IMG/VR virus record: IMGVR_UViG_3300048592_000244
Coordinates: 1-64,000 of that record
Strand: one strand, 5' to 3'
DNA length: 64,000 nt
Origin: a virus
Shown here: positions 26,433 to 36,306 of the stretch, in pieces
How positions within the stretch are numbered: the stretch's first letter is position 1
How the letters are laid out: every line of letters begins with the position of its first letter
Made by a program: the position numbers and the translations under genes
The notes under the pieces: model-generated
What the model was told of the DNA's origin: nothing
Seen by the model: the letters and a program-made list of their open reading frames with translations, nothing else
Databases searched by the model: none

Positions 26433-28316
26433 ATGAAGGTAAAGCTAAACTCTGATTTCTGCCGCGCATTGATCGAGGCCAAGATCAAGCACAAGGCGTT
26501 CTCCGACAGGGAGAACTACCACAGCTACGTGACCATCGACCCACTGGAGGTCAAGGACAAGGACCGTGAGATTTTCCTCAAGGTGCTGTCGTCTGACAAG
26601 TTCCAGAAGGGACAGGGCTCGACTGAGTTCAAGACCATGCTCCGGTTGGTCAGCGCCGTCTACGAGGTGGAGCAGGTCGGCCACGCTGGCGTGAAGCTGA
26701 ACAACCTCGAAAAGCTGGCACCGGCGATCACCAACAAGATGAACGACACGCCGCGCCGGTGGGTATTCACTAAGGACGATGAGTACGAGCAGTTGGTGCC
26801 GTACTTCTTCACCTCAGCCGTTTACCATCCTCCCCGCAAGCATCGTGGGTTTTATAGCTCTGCCTACGTGACGGTGAATTTCGTAGCCACCTCACGCGGG
26901 CACAAGGTAGAGCACACCATGCGCTTCTACCGCTCGCACCTTGCCGGGCACCCCACGCTGGATGAATTGTTCGCGGAGGAAAATGTTTTCTTCGCCACGC
27001 AACAGCATCTTGATGATTTCCAGAAGCAACTGGACAACTACAAGGATTGGGCTCCGCACGCTGGCAAGCAATTCATGGCTGGTGGCATTGGTATCACTGC
27101 CGAAGACACTGACATGGAAGACGACGATGACCACAACCGTCGCTGGTATCGTCGCTGGTACGGGCGTCGTAGTGACGATCAGGTGCAGATGGTCGTGGAC
27201 GGCATGGAAGCCAAGGTGGTGATGGACGACGCCATCGAGCAGGGCGAGGACAACAACACCGTCGCCTACGCTCTCAGCCAAGACGAGAACGCTGAGGAAT
27301 ATCAGGACGATGAGGACGATTGGGAGGAGTGGGAAGACCCCGAAGACCCGGAGGACGAAACTCCTAAGCAGCGTGCGAAGCGTCTGGCTGCCGAGCAGAA
27401 GTCGAGGGAACTCGAACTCAGTGACGCGCCGACAGAGAAGGAAAAGCTGGTCGTCCGCAAGCTGCCTACTCACCCGGTTGTGCGTGTGTTCAACCTGCGC
27501 ACACACAGCTTCGTCACGATCCATGTGGCTGACCTGACGCTCTACCCCTACGACAAGACGATGGGTGAAAAGCTGGTGCTGCCGCCTGACCACAAGCAGT
27601 TGATCGACGCGCTGACCGACAGTGCCATCACCCGCTACGAGGACATCATTTCCGGCAAGGCCAGCGGCGTGATAATCCTCTGCTCAGGTACGCCGGGCAC
27701 GGGCAAGACGCTGACGGCTGAGGTGTACTCGGAAATTGCAGAGCGTCCGCTGTACTCCGTCCAGTGCAGCCAGCTTGGCACCGACGTAGAGGAGCTTGAG
27801 AAGAAGCTCAGTGTGGTGCTCAAGCGTGCTGTGCGGTGGAACGCCATCCTGCTGATCGACGAGGCTGACGTCTACATCCATGAGCGCGGTAGCGACATGG
27901 AACAGAACGCGGTCGTGGGCGTGTTCCTGATGGCGCTGGAATACTATCAGGGCATTCTGTTTATGACCACGAACCGGGGAAATTACGTGGACGACGCGAT
28001 CATTTCCCGCATGACGGCGCACATCAAGTACGAGGTGCCGACAGACGAGTCACGCAACCGCATCTGGCACATCCTCTCTAAGCAGTTCGAGGTGGAGATG
28101 TCAGAGCAGATGGTGAAGAAGGCTGTTGAGCAGTTCCCCAAGGTCAGCGGGCGCACGATCAGGCAGATGCTCAAGCTGGCGAAGTTCATGGCGGAAAAGT
28201 CCAGCGGTGGGCGTGTGACTCTGGAGGCTCTGCGTCATGCCGCCAAGTTCCACAACTTCACCGAAGACGAGGAAATGAATTCCGAAACTATCGAAGACGT
28301 GTTGGCGCACCGCTAA
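26433..28316 (+). CDS. AAA+ ATPase
   Basis: Walker A GTPGTGKT, Walker B LLIDEAD, LEYYQGILFMTTNR sensor-1 region. Confidence 0.9.
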   Translation: MKVKLNSDFCRALIEAKIKHKAFSDRENYHSYVTIDPLEVKDKDREIFLKVLSSDKFQKGQGSTEFKTMLRLVSAVYEVEQVGHAGVKLNNLEKLAPAITNKMNDTPRRWVFTKDDEYEQLVPYFFTSAVYHPPRKHRGFYSSAYVTVNFVATSRGHKVEHTMRFYRSHLAGHPTLDELFAEENVFFATQQHLDDFQKQLDNYKDWAPHAGKQFMAGGIGITAEDTDMEDDDDHNRRWYRRWYGRRSDDQVQMVVDGMEAKVVMDDAIEQGEDNNTVAYALSQDENAEEYQDDEDDWEEWEDPEDPEDETPKQRAKRLAAEQKSRELELSDAPTEKEKLVVRKLPTHPVVRVFNLRTHSFVTIHVADLTLYPYDKTMGEKLVLPPDHKQLIDALTDSAITRYEDIISGKASGVIILCSGTPGTGKTLTAEVYSEIAERPLYSVQCSQLGTDVEELEKKLSVVLKRAVRWNAILLIDEADVYIHERGSDMEQNAVVGVFLMALEYYQGILFMTTNRGNYVDDAIISRMTAHIKYEVPTDESRNRIWHILSKQFEVEMSEQMVKKAVEQFPKVSGRTIRQMLKLAKFMAEKSSGGRVTLEALRHAAKFHNFTEDEEMNSETIEDVLAHR

Positions 28317-28325
28317 GGAGAGGAA

Positions 28326-29099
28326 ATGTTTAGATTGCATTATTCTGGGGTGCTTACTTCCGTTGATGAAAAGATCGAGGCTCGCCAGAGGCTGGTCTCC
28401 TTCCTGCGTGAGTTTGACATTCCGTTCGTTGAGGGCCTCCGCGAGTTCACTGAGTGTTACATCGAAGTGGCGGATTACTACAGGCCGGTCATCGAGATTT
28501 ACAATGAGCATCGGATGCTGATTTCCTCGCAGGAGGAAAAGTTCAAGGCTGTGGTGAAGACCACACTCAAAGGCATCACCAAGATACCTCCTTCGGCACC
28601 ACCGCCAGTGGGTCTACCAGCAAAGCCGAAATTCCACGACAAGCAGCTTGTCCGCATCCTGCCGGAATTTCAGGGACGTGGCAAAGTGCATCCGTTCGGC
28701 GACCGCATCTGGTACGTCCAGTACAGCGAGGATCGTGGTGGCCGCTATGACTACCACTGCAAGCTGGCGGCAGAGCACAACAGCGACATACCCGTTGCTG
28801 AACTCACACGCAAAGCTGCATGGTGCATGGAGAGCGAGTTGTACGAGGCGCTGTTTGATGGGGAGCGCATCGACGGGCAGAAGTACGGCCCAGAGATGAA
28901 AAAGGTGGAGAGCACCAACGTGGACTCCATCGGCTACACCCACACCACACAGACGCTGCGCGTGAAATTCACCAACGGCGATGTCTACGACTACGAACAA
29001 GTACCGCCTGATATTGCTGAGGGTCTCCAGACTGCCCGGAGTCCCGGTGGCTTCCTAGCCGCACACATCAAGGGCAGCTTCAAGTACAAGAAACTCTAA
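28326..29099 (+). CDS. KTSC domain-containing protein
   Basis: C-terminal VESTNVDSIGY...LRVKFTNGDVYDYEQVP...SPGGFLAAHIKG. Confidence 0.8.
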   Translation: MFRLHYSGVLTSVDEKIEARQRLVSFLREFDIPFVEGLREFTECYIEVADYYRPVIEIYNEHRMLISSQEEKFKAVVKTTLKGITKIPPSAPPPVGLPAKPKFHDKQLVRILPEFQGRGKVHPFGDRIWYVQYSEDRGGRYDYHCKLAAEHNSDIPVAELTRKAAWCMESELYEALFDGERIDGQKYGPEMKKVESTNVDSIGYTHTTQTLRVKFTNGDVYDYEQVPPDIAEGLQTARSPGGFLAAHIKGSFKYKKL

Positions 29100-29109
29100 G
29101 GACCGACGC

Positions 29110-29964
29110 ATGAAAATCTGGAAAGAACCACGCTGTACGCTGCTGACCAAGACGGAGATACATCAGCCCGGCTTCAAACGATTCTTGTCTCTGCATGATA
29201 CCACCATGCCCGAGGAGTCGTTTGCTGCTCGTGACGGTGATCTGGTGCCGGAAATTGCCGGTCGTCTGTGCTACATGAGCTTCGGTGACAAGGCAGGGCG
29301 CAAGGGGCCTGAGTACCTCAAGCACATCCTCAGCGTAGGCCACGGCTCTGTGCTGGAGCACGTCAACATGGGCGTGATCCTTGAGGGAATTTCACGCAGC
29401 CTCAGCCATGAACTGGTACGCCACAGGGCGGGCTGCGCCTACAGCCAGTTGAGCCAGCGGTACGTGGACACCGACGACATGGGATTGGTCATTCACCCAG
29501 CCTGCGTCGGCAATGCTGTGATGGAGAAGATGGCCGAGGAGAGTTTCCGCGTTGCGCTGGTTGACTACGAGAGCGTGGTGGAAATTCTGATGGAGGAGTA
29601 CCTCAAGAACATGGGCTCCATCGCCTACGACCAAGGCCACAGCAAAGCTGCGATCTCCGTGATGGACGAGAAGGAACTCAAGTCCATCACACGCACAACT
29701 CGCAGGAAAATGGCACGCGAGGCAGCAAGGGAATGGCTGCCCAACATGACCGAGACCAAGATTGTCACGACGATGAACGTCCGGGCATGGCGTCACTTCT
29801 TCAACATGCGTGGAGCCCCGGCTGCTGACCGGCAGATCAGGCGCTGCGCTGTGCTGATTTTCAGCGTGATCCAGCCGCAGGCACCGTGGTGCTTCCAAGA
29901 CATCCACCGAGAGGACACGGAGGACGGCATTGGCTGCCTCGTGAGTGAAAACCCGAAGGTGTAG
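29110..29964 (+). CDS. thyX: FAD-dependent thymidylate synthase
   Basis: GHGSVLEH and HELVRHR...SQLSQRY motifs. Confidence 0.95.
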   Translation: MKIWKEPRCTLLTKTEIHQPGFKRFLSLHDTTMPEESFAARDGDLVPEIAGRLCYMSFGDKAGRKGPEYLKHILSVGHGSVLEHVNMGVILEGISRSLSHELVRHRAGCAYSQLSQRYVDTDDMGLVIHPACVGNAVMEKMAEESFRVALVDYESVVEILMEEYLKNMGSIAYDQGHSKAAISVMDEKELKSITRTTRRKMAREAAREWLPNMTETKIVTTMNVRAWRHFFNMRGAPAADRQIRRCAVLIFSVIQPQAPWCFQDIHREDTEDGIGCLVSENPKV

Positions 29965-29966
29965 TC

Positions 29967-30155
29967 ATGGACCTGCATACACTGGTGCTCAAGACGCGTG
30001 AGGAGTGCGACAAAGCCAAGGGGCACCTGATCGGTTTGCGTCGTGGGACGCCAGTGTATGTGGACACTAAGGACAGGTTGCAGCGGCTGGTGAATATCAC
30101 GGACACGCTTTTGAAAAAGCTAGGTGATAAAGACCCTACGGAAGATGAACAGTAA
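29967..30155 (+). CDS. hypothetical protein
   Basis: 62-aa ORF packed after thyX. Confidence 0.55.
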   Translation: MDLHTLVLKTREECDKAKGHLIGLRRGTPVYVDTKDRLQRLVNITDTLLKKLGDKDPTEDEQ

Positions 30156-30588
30156 GTACGATACCCCGCAGGAAAAAGGTGCAGCACGCGCAGCCATAGA
30201 AGGCAGGCGCAGGAGGCAGCGTTTCGTTGACCGGGTAGAACTGAAAGCCTACAGGCGTGTATTCAAGGAGAAGGGAATTCTGATGACCACAGTGATTGAG
30301 GAAATTGCAGCAGAGCGTCAGCGTCAGCGTGACGAGGAGGGCTGGACAGACGAGCATGATGACAAGCACGACGACGGCTCGATGGCTTTGGCAGCAGCGT
30401 GCTACTCGGTTCATGCAGTCTACGGCGCGAACAGTGCGATGAGCCAAACCATCTTCACGCGTCTTTGGCGCTGGTCTACGCTGTGGTGGAAGCCCAAGAG
30501 CCGACGCCGCGATCTGGTCAGGGCAGCCGCGCTCATCGTTGCAGAAATTGAGCGCCTTGACCGTGCTGAGGCGAGAGCCAAAGCCTAA
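30145..30588 (+). CDS. conserved phage protein (ERxRQ...HDDxH...WWKP family); true start may be 30283
   Basis: AERQRQRDEEGWTDEHDDKH...LAAACY...WWKPKSRRRDLVRAAALIVAEIERLDR. Confidence 0.7.
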   Translation: MNSKYDTPQEKGAARAAIEGRRRRQRFVDRVELKAYRRVFKEKGILMTTVIEEIAAERQRQRDEEGWTDEHDDKHDDGSMALAAACYSVHAVYGANSAMSQTIFTRLWRWSTLWWKPKSRRRDLVRAAALIVAEIERLDRAEARAKA

Positions 30589-30620
30589 CTGATTATCAAC
30601 CCATCACACAGGAGACCGAC

Positions 30621-30842
30621 ATGCCGTTCAAAGTAGGACAGAAGGTGAAATTCCTTTTCCGCACGTACAGCAAGGCGGAAAAGCACGATGAGTACACCAA
30701 GACTCGTGTGCAAGGCACAGGCAGGGTCGTCGAGTTCAAGGACGAAGGCGAGAAGGAGTTCCTCGTGGTAGACACCGGGGCGAGCTACTTCGACCTGCCG
30801 ATCAACGCGGACAAAGACTGCTACATCCAGCCACTGGACTAA
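30621..30842 (+). CDS. hypothetical protein
   Basis: AGGAGACCGAC-ATG start. Confidence 0.7.
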   Translation: MPFKVGQKVKFLFRTYSKAEKHDEYTKTRVQGTGRVVEFKDEGEKEFLVVDTGASYFDLPINADKDCYIQPLD

Positions 30843-30844
30843 CC

Positions 30845-31174
30845 ATGAGCAACGAGATCGTAGGGATCAGCGCGAGCATTCCATCAGAGCCGGGGGATAA
30901 TTACTCCGGCCTTGGCCGCGTGGAAAATCCAGCGTGGAGCCGACACGAGGGCAAGTTCGTCATAGACGAATCTCCGTTGGCTGGTCTCTACGATCTCCCC
31001 GGTGCTATCAAGCAACTGGAGGAGACAGAGCCTGCTGTGCGGAAATACGTCATGCAGGAGTATGCCAAGTGGAAAATGGAGCGGGACTGCTGGCAGCCGC
31101 TGAATGAACTGGCAGCCTTCCTGCGCGTCAGCATTGCCAAGAACCAGTTCTACGTTGACCTGTGGAGATACTAA
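30845..31174 (+). CDS. hypothetical protein
   Basis: 109 aa, tightly packed. Confidence 0.6.
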   Translation: MSNEIVGISASIPSEPGDNYSGLGRVENPAWSRHEGKFVIDESPLAGLYDLPGAIKQLEETEPAVRKYVMQEYAKWKMERDCWQPLNELAAFLRVSIAKNQFYVDLWRY

Positions 31175-31519
31175 ATGAGAGTTCAATGCCCCGACTGTGG
31201 GAAAATGTACGACGACGAATTCCGCTGGACGATCTGTCCACACCACTCTCTCGATTGGGGCGTAAAAGGGCCTCCAGTGGCCTCACCGTACCTTCCCCCG
31301 AAGCCAGAGGAAGCAGAGCAGGAATTCCTGAGTGACGAGGTGGCACAGGGCTACCATCCGGTGACAGGAGAACTGGTGGGCAAGCCCTACAGGATTTCCC
31401 TCTGCTGGTACTGGAGGAATTTCTGGGTCGGCGTGCGCTACAGCGGCAACCGCCACGCCATCTACATCAACATGATCCCATGCCTCAGCCTGCGGATTGA
31501 ATTGAGGAAAAAGCCATGA
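31175..31519 (+). CDS. hypothetical protein with CxxC
   Basis: CPDC...ICPH; GGAG RBS. Confidence 0.6.
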   Translation: MRVQCPDCGKMYDDEFRWTICPHHSLDWGVKGPPVASPYLPPKPEEAEQEFLSDEVAQGYHPVTGELVGKPYRISLCWYWRNFWVGVRYSGNRHAIYINMIPCLSLRIELRKKP

Positions 31520-31800
31520 ACCCACTCATCGAGAAGCTGTATGGTCTGCGGCAGGGTGCCAGCGGTGGCAGCCGGGAGAAGTTCATCGCGGCCAAGGACG
31601 TGCTCAAGGCGTTCGCTGACTACGCAGAGAAGGAGAGATTCCCCACAGCACCCAGAGGCGTGATTCACGTAGATCGGTTCATGGACATCGAGATCATTTC
31701 CCACAAGGACATGCCGGATGGGGAAATGATCTTGGTGCCCTACGATGCCAACGAGGACATCGCGGTGAAAATGTATCTGGCCAGCAAGAAAAAGGACTGA
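31516..31800 (+). CDS. hypothetical protein
   Basis: ATGA overlap, GAGG RBS. Confidence 0.6.
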   Translation: MNPLIEKLYGLRQGASGGSREKFIAAKDVLKAFADYAEKERFPTAPRGVIHVDRFMDIEIISHKDMPDGEMILVPYDANEDIAVKMYLASKKKD

Positions 31801-31803
31801 GCC

Positions 31804-32094
31804 ATGCGGAAATACGAGAGAGTACCCCTGATCGTCTTGGCGCAGAAATTCACGCCACCAGCCGAGCTAGGCAAGGACCACGCGTTCATCAAGCAGAACA
31901 AGAAGCAGGGCTGGTGGATCACCCAGCACCACAGCTACTGCCCCACCACAGATGAGTACAGGGGCACGTACTACAAGCTGATGCACGAGAGCGTGATCGC
32001 AGACATCAAGCCGGGCGACTACATCGTGGTCATCAGGGGCAGAGTGACAGCGATGTCGCCAGAGGAATTCAAGAGGGATTTTGCACTCGTTTGA
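31804..32094 (+). CDS. hypothetical phage protein
   Basis: KPGDYIV...SPEEF motif typical of small phage proteins. Confidence 0.6.
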   Translation: MRKYERVPLIVLAQKFTPPAELGKDHAFIKQNKKQGWWITQHHSYCPTTDEYRGTYYKLMHESVIADIKPGDYIVVIRGRVTAMSPEEFKRDFALV

Positions 32095-32105
32095 GGAAAT
32101 AGCCA

Positions 32106-32645
32106 ATGCAGGAAAACTGGAGAGCCATCCCCGGCTACAACGGGCGCTATGAGGCGTCAGACCAAGGCAACATCCGCTCCCTGCCGTGGGAATTCACGCG
32201 GGTCATTCGTGGGCGTCTACAGACCTTCAAGAGCAAGTTGAAGCTGATGAAATTGCGCAAGGCCAAGGACGGCTACCTCCAAGTCGATCTGGTGATGCCA
32301 GAGGGCAACAAGACCACCATACAGGTACACCGGCTCATATTGATGACGTTTGTGGGACCACCGGAAGAAGGACAGCACGCGTGCCATTACCCTGACCCGG
32401 ACAAGACCAACAACAAGCCGGAAAATCTGTGCTGGGCGTCCCGGCAGGAAAATGAGGCGCACAAGCTGGAGCATGGTACACACCAGCGCGGGGAGAATTC
32501 CCCCACAGCCAAACTGACTGACGATGACATCAGGGCCATCCGTGCCAGCGATGAAACAGGGACCGTGCTGGCCAAGAGATACCATGTGTCAGACAGCCTG
32601 ATCTCGAAAATCCGCAGGGGCCTGAAATGGGCTCATGTGAAATAG
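32106..32645 (+). CDS. NUMOD4-HNH homing endonuclease
   Basis: ENWRAIPGYNGRYEASDQGNIRS (NUMOD4); VHRLILMTFVG...HACH...NNKPENLCW (HNH); C-terminal HTH. Confidence 0.9.
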   Translation: MQENWRAIPGYNGRYEASDQGNIRSLPWEFTRVIRGRLQTFKSKLKLMKLRKAKDGYLQVDLVMPEGNKTTIQVHRLILMTFVGPPEEGQHACHYPDPDKTNNKPENLCWASRQENEAHKLEHGTHQRGENSPTAKLTDDDIRAIRASDETGTVLAKRYHVSDSLISKIRRGLKWAHVK

Positions 32646-32663
32646 GAAAAGGAGGAGACCGAC

Positions 32664-33248
32664 ATGAAGTACAAGACAGCCCTATGCCCACAGTGCTCGA
32701 CTGCGCTGGAAAAAGTGAAGAACCCAGCGGGCAGCTACATGAACAACGAGCAGTTCGACGCTGTGAAAGCAGGCGACTGGTTCTGCAAGCTCTGCCGCAG
32801 CAACGGCAGGAATAAGATCAACAAGGTCTGCTACTGGTGGGACAAGGAGGTGGACTACGCCATCAACGAGGGCGTCTACGTGCTCGTCAAAGTCAGCGGC
32901 GGCATCCGGGTAGCTCAGGTGACGGCAGAGGACACACAGAAGCCCGACTCAGCCTGCGTGCTATTTCCGGGCGGCCACTGCAATGTGCTGCACAACACTG
33001 AGATGGAAATTCTGGAGACCACTGAGAAAATCGACGATGCCCTTCACTATCTGTTCGGGTGCGTGGAAAAAGACGTGCAGAGATCGGAAAAGGTTTTCGG
33101 TTTGCTCAAGGGCATCTGCCGGGAAATCAGGGAGCGTGATCTCGTGGCACCGGATTTCTTCCGTGACCATGACAGGCGTCCGACTACAGACGAGGAGATG
33201 GCCGAGAATATCCTCAAGTACATGAAGCGGTTCGCGCCTGTGAAATAG
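32664..33248 (+). CDS. hypothetical protein with CxxC pairs
   Basis: CPQC...CKLC; GGAGACCGAC-ATG start. Confidence 0.7.
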   Translation: MKYKTALCPQCSTALEKVKNPAGSYMNNEQFDAVKAGDWFCKLCRSNGRNKINKVCYWWDKEVDYAINEGVYVLVKVSGGIRVAQVTAEDTQKPDSACVLFPGGHCNVLHNTEMEILETTEKIDDALHYLFGCVEKDVQRSEKVFGLLKGICREIRERDLVAPDFFRDHDRRPTTDEEMAENILKYMKRFAPVK

Positions 33249-33317
33249 ACGAGCGACAGGAATGAACGGGTCTGAGCAACCCGCCTGCACCCGCAGATAG
33301 TTCCTGTGGCTCCCCCG

Positions 33318-33353
33318 ACCGGCCCCGTTTGGTTCGTCCCCTGCGGGGCCGGT
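33318..33353. repeat. inverted repeat upstream of terL
   Basis: ACCGGCCCCG...CGGGGCCGGT, 10-bp stem, 16-nt loop. Confidence 0.6.
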
Positions 33354-33431
33354 TCTATTCTCTTGACAAGGACTGAGCCAGCAACGACGATAATCCACGA
33401 GCGAACCCTTGACCGACAGTGAAACAATGCC

Positions 33432-35390
33432 GTGCCAGCCACTCTGGAGCTACCAGAAGCAGTCACGTTAGAATCTATCGCTGAGAGCGACCTCGGCGTA
33501 GACCTTGCTGTATTCGAGGAGAACGCTGCCAAGTTCGGGCAGGAGAGCTTCACGTTCTTCTGCTGGTACTACATGCGGCACCACCTCACCGACGAACTCG
33601 CTGAGTACCATCTCAAGGTCATGCGGTCGTTAGAAGGATTGATGCCGGGCAGGCACCTTGAGCTTCTCCTGCCTCGTGAGCACGGGAAATCCACGCTGGT
33701 TTCTCTCTGCTTCCTGATGTGGAATATCGTCTACAGGAAAAAGCGGCACATCCTCCTCGTGTCGTCCACCTCAGAGAACGCGCAGAAATTCCTTGGCAAG
33801 ATCAATCAGGAATTGCGCAGCAACGAACTTATCCGCAGGGACTTCGGTGACCTAACCGGCTCAGAGAACGTGGGCCGCAAGGAAGTGTGGAAAGCCTCGA
33901 AGCTCAAGACGGCAAACCAAGTGCTCGTCCTTGCTGTGGGTACAAACGGATCAGTACGTGGTGCCAACGAATCGCTGCCGGAAAATCTACAGCTTGATTT
34001 TGTGGAGTACGACCGGCATGGCCGTCCTCGCTACAAGAAGCTGAAATCATTCCGTCCTGATCTGGTTCTGCTGGACGACGTGATCGAGGACAAGTGGGTT
34101 CTCACCAAGCACGTGCGTGACCAGACGTGGAACTGGTTCTGGAAATCTCTCTACAACACGATGGACCGCGACAGGGGAAATTGCGTCGTGGTCGGTACGA
34201 CTCTGCATGACGACGATCTGGTGAGCAGGCTTTTCCGCGACCCCGTGCAGACGATGGCGTGGAAGAAAATCAAGATGCCTGCGTGCGAGGGCTTCGATCA
34301 GACCACGCTCAACCCCATCAACTGTTTGTGGCCTGCGGCGTGGCAAGCACCAGACTTGAACAAGCCAGTCAACCGCAAGGGCGAACTCATTCCGCTGGAT
34401 GAGTTGGACAACTGGCCGCTGGATGATGTGTTCTACCTCAGCAAGCTCTACTGGAAACGAATCGAAATCGGTGAGCGTGCGTTTGCGCAGGAATTCTTGC
34501 TTGACCCGTTGAGCGACAGCTTCCAGTTCTTCAAGCGTCAGTGGTTCAGGTATTTCATCATGCAGGAGAGCTATTTCACCGCAGAGGCGGAACTGGCTCT
34601 CACACGTCTGGGCCACGAGATTGAAGTATTGCCTGACGACCTGATCGTAGTGACAGCCATCGACCCGGCTGGCACGAGACAGGAACAGGTGAAGGAAGGG
34701 GCTGATCCTGATTACACCTGTATCTGCACTGTGGGATATTCACCACGTCATCGCCGGTTCTACATTCTCGACATCTGTCGTGAGCGAATTTCAGCACTAC
34801 GTCAGCAGGAAGTGCTGATGGAGCAGTACAGGAAATTCAGCAGTGAGTTCGCAGCTACTGGCACAGACGGTAGCTCAGACACAGCCAAGTTCAATTTCAC
34901 GCACATGGGCATCTTGGTGGAGAGCGTGGCATACCAGAAGGCGCTGGCTACCATGCTGGATGAAATTGCTCCGGCTCTGGGCATGTACCCTCGCATCGTG
35001 GAAGTCAAACGCGGGCGCAGGGACAAGACCACACGAGCCACAGGCGTGTCTCCTCTGTTCGAGCGCAGAACAGTTGTGTGGCCTGAGCAGTTTGATCTAA
35101 AGTTGAAGAAGCGAGATGTCGAAGAAGCAATGGACGAGCTTGATCGTTTCCCACAGGGCGACCACGATGACTGTGTGGACGCAGTGGTAGACGCTCTGGC
35201 TTTCCTGAACAGAATGAGCCTGAGTCTGAACCGGGGGCTCAATGCGTTGAACGTCATGCGGGCGATGGTGAAATCCTCGCCGGAAATGTACGCCTTCGTG
35301 AGCAAGCGTGAGGATGAGGGCATGGACTTCCAAGACGCCAGTGCCAAGTGGGCGCAGTACAACAGAGAGCACGCTGGGATGACCGCATGA
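33432..35390 (+). CDS. terL: terminase large subunit
   Basis: PREHGKST Walker A, RPDLVLLDD Walker B, VVGT motif III, AIDPA and FPQGDHDDCVDA nuclease motifs. Confidence 0.95.
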   Translation: MPATLELPEAVTLESIAESDLGVDLAVFEENAAKFGQESFTFFCWYYMRHHLTDELAEYHLKVMRSLEGLMPGRHLELLLPREHGKSTLVSLCFLMWNIVYRKKRHILLVSSTSENAQKFLGKINQELRSNELIRRDFGDLTGSENVGRKEVWKASKLKTANQVLVLAVGTNGSVRGANESLPENLQLDFVEYDRHGRPRYKKLKSFRPDLVLLDDVIEDKWVLTKHVRDQTWNWFWKSLYNTMDRDRGNCVVVGTTLHDDDLVSRLFRDPVQTMAWKKIKMPACEGFDQTTLNPINCLWPAAWQAPDLNKPVNRKGELIPLDELDNWPLDDVFYLSKLYWKRIEIGERAFAQEFLLDPLSDSFQFFKRQWFRYFIMQESYFTAEAELALTRLGHEIEVLPDDLIVVTAIDPAGTRQEQVKEGADPDYTCICTVGYSPRHRRFYILDICRERISALRQQEVLMEQYRKFSSEFAATGTDGSSDTAKFNFTHMGILVESVAYQKALATMLDEIAPALGMYPRIVEVKRGRRDKTTRATGVSPLFERRTVVWPEQFDLKLKKRDVEEAMDELDRFPQGDHDDCVDAVVDALAFLNRMSLSLNRGLNALNVMRAMVKSSPEMYAFVSKREDEGMDFQDASAKWAQYNREHAGMTA

Positions 35391-35578
35391 TGAAGGACAG
35401 GATCAACAAGGCCAGCCAGTACACTGAACGCAACGCGCAGGAGAAGTACATCTTCGAGCAGGCCAAGCTCTACATGGTGGCGGTGGCTAAGTACGACAAG
35501 ACAGCTACGATGACCGACATCGTGCAGGAAATTAGAGATGCCCTGAGCAGAACTTGGGGCTGGTTAGGAAAAGAATGA
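35387..35578 (+). CDS. hypothetical protein
   Basis: ATGA overlap with terL stop. Confidence 0.55.
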   Translation: MMKDRINKASQYTERNAQEKYIFEQAKLYMVAVAKYDKTATMTDIVQEIRDALSRTWGWLGKE

Positions 35579-35787
35579 AAATCCTCCAGTGTAAGCATTG
35601 TGGTGACTGGCAGGTTGAGCACAACGGCACCGTCTACTACAAGCCCTACACAGGCGATTGGACCGTAGGTGCGCCGGTGTGCTTGATTCTCGGCAGGTAC
35701 GGCTCGCATGAGTTGAGTGAATGCAATGCGTCCGATGAGCCGTGGCCTCTGGTGATAAAGCAGTTGAAGAAATTTCTGGAGAAGTAA
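35575..35787 (+). CDS. hypothetical protein with CxxC
   Basis: ATGA overlap; CKHC. Confidence 0.55.
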   Translation: MKILQCKHCGDWQVEHNGTVYYKPYTGDWTVGAPVCLILGRYGSHELSECNASDEPWPLVIKQLKKFLEK

Positions 35788-35788
35788 A

Positions 35789-36133
35789 ATGACGATGGCA
35801 CTGAAACCGTGGATCGGCGTAGACCTTGACGGCACGCTGGCCAAGTACGAAGGCTGGCAGGGGATCGACCACATTGGTGACCCGATCCAGCCAATGCTTG
35901 AGCGTGTGAAAGGCTGGCTTGCTGATGGCATCAAGGTGAAGATATTCACCGCACGCGCTAGTGAGCCGGATGCTGAGGCCCTCAAGGCAGTAATTTCCTA
36001 CATCGAAGACTGGTGTGAGGAGCACGTTGGACAGAAGCTCGAAGTCACCTGCAAGAAGGACTTCGCCATGACCGATCTCTATGACGACCGCTGTCACCGG
36101 GTAGAGGCGAACACGGGACGGGTACTGGCATGA
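35789..36133 (+). CDS. HAD-superfamily phosphatase-like phage protein
   Basis: IGVDLDGTLA, KIFTAR, LYDDR. Confidence 0.8.
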   Translation: MTMALKPWIGVDLDGTLAKYEGWQGIDHIGDPIQPMLERVKGWLADGIKVKIFTARASEPDAEALKAVISYIEDWCEEHVGQKLEVTCKKDFAMTDLYDDRCHRVEANTGRVLA

Positions 36134-36306
36134 CCAGAGACGAACGCATGTCGCTGCTCCTCACCTGCGTGGATTTCTACGCCACCAACAAACAGGGTGA
36201 CTACGGTAGACGAGCGAACGCCGTGCTGGCTAAGATAGCTGACGATGAACGTCAGGAAGGCATGAAAAAGGAACGAGAGAAGGAAAAGGAACGAGGTACA
36301 GAATGA
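36130..36306 (+). CDS. small hypothetical protein (58 aa, not in ORF track)
   Basis: MTRDERMSLLLTCVDFY...; ATGA overlaps at both ends. Confidence 0.55.
   Translation: MTRDERMSLLLTCVDFYATNKQGDYGRRANAVLAKIADDERQEGMKKEREKEKERGTE

Noticed and set aside
20821-29964. Hypermodified-base pathway suggested by DUF6378, MazG-like and ThyX genes
   Set aside because: No base-modifying enzyme (hydroxymethylase, glycosyltransferase, PurZ, queuosine-pathway gene) recognised in this window
33432-35390. Possible intein or intron in terL or polA given extra length
   Set aside because: Insertions are short, lack intein C/S...HN termini and LAGLIDADG motifs, and the reading frames are uninterrupted
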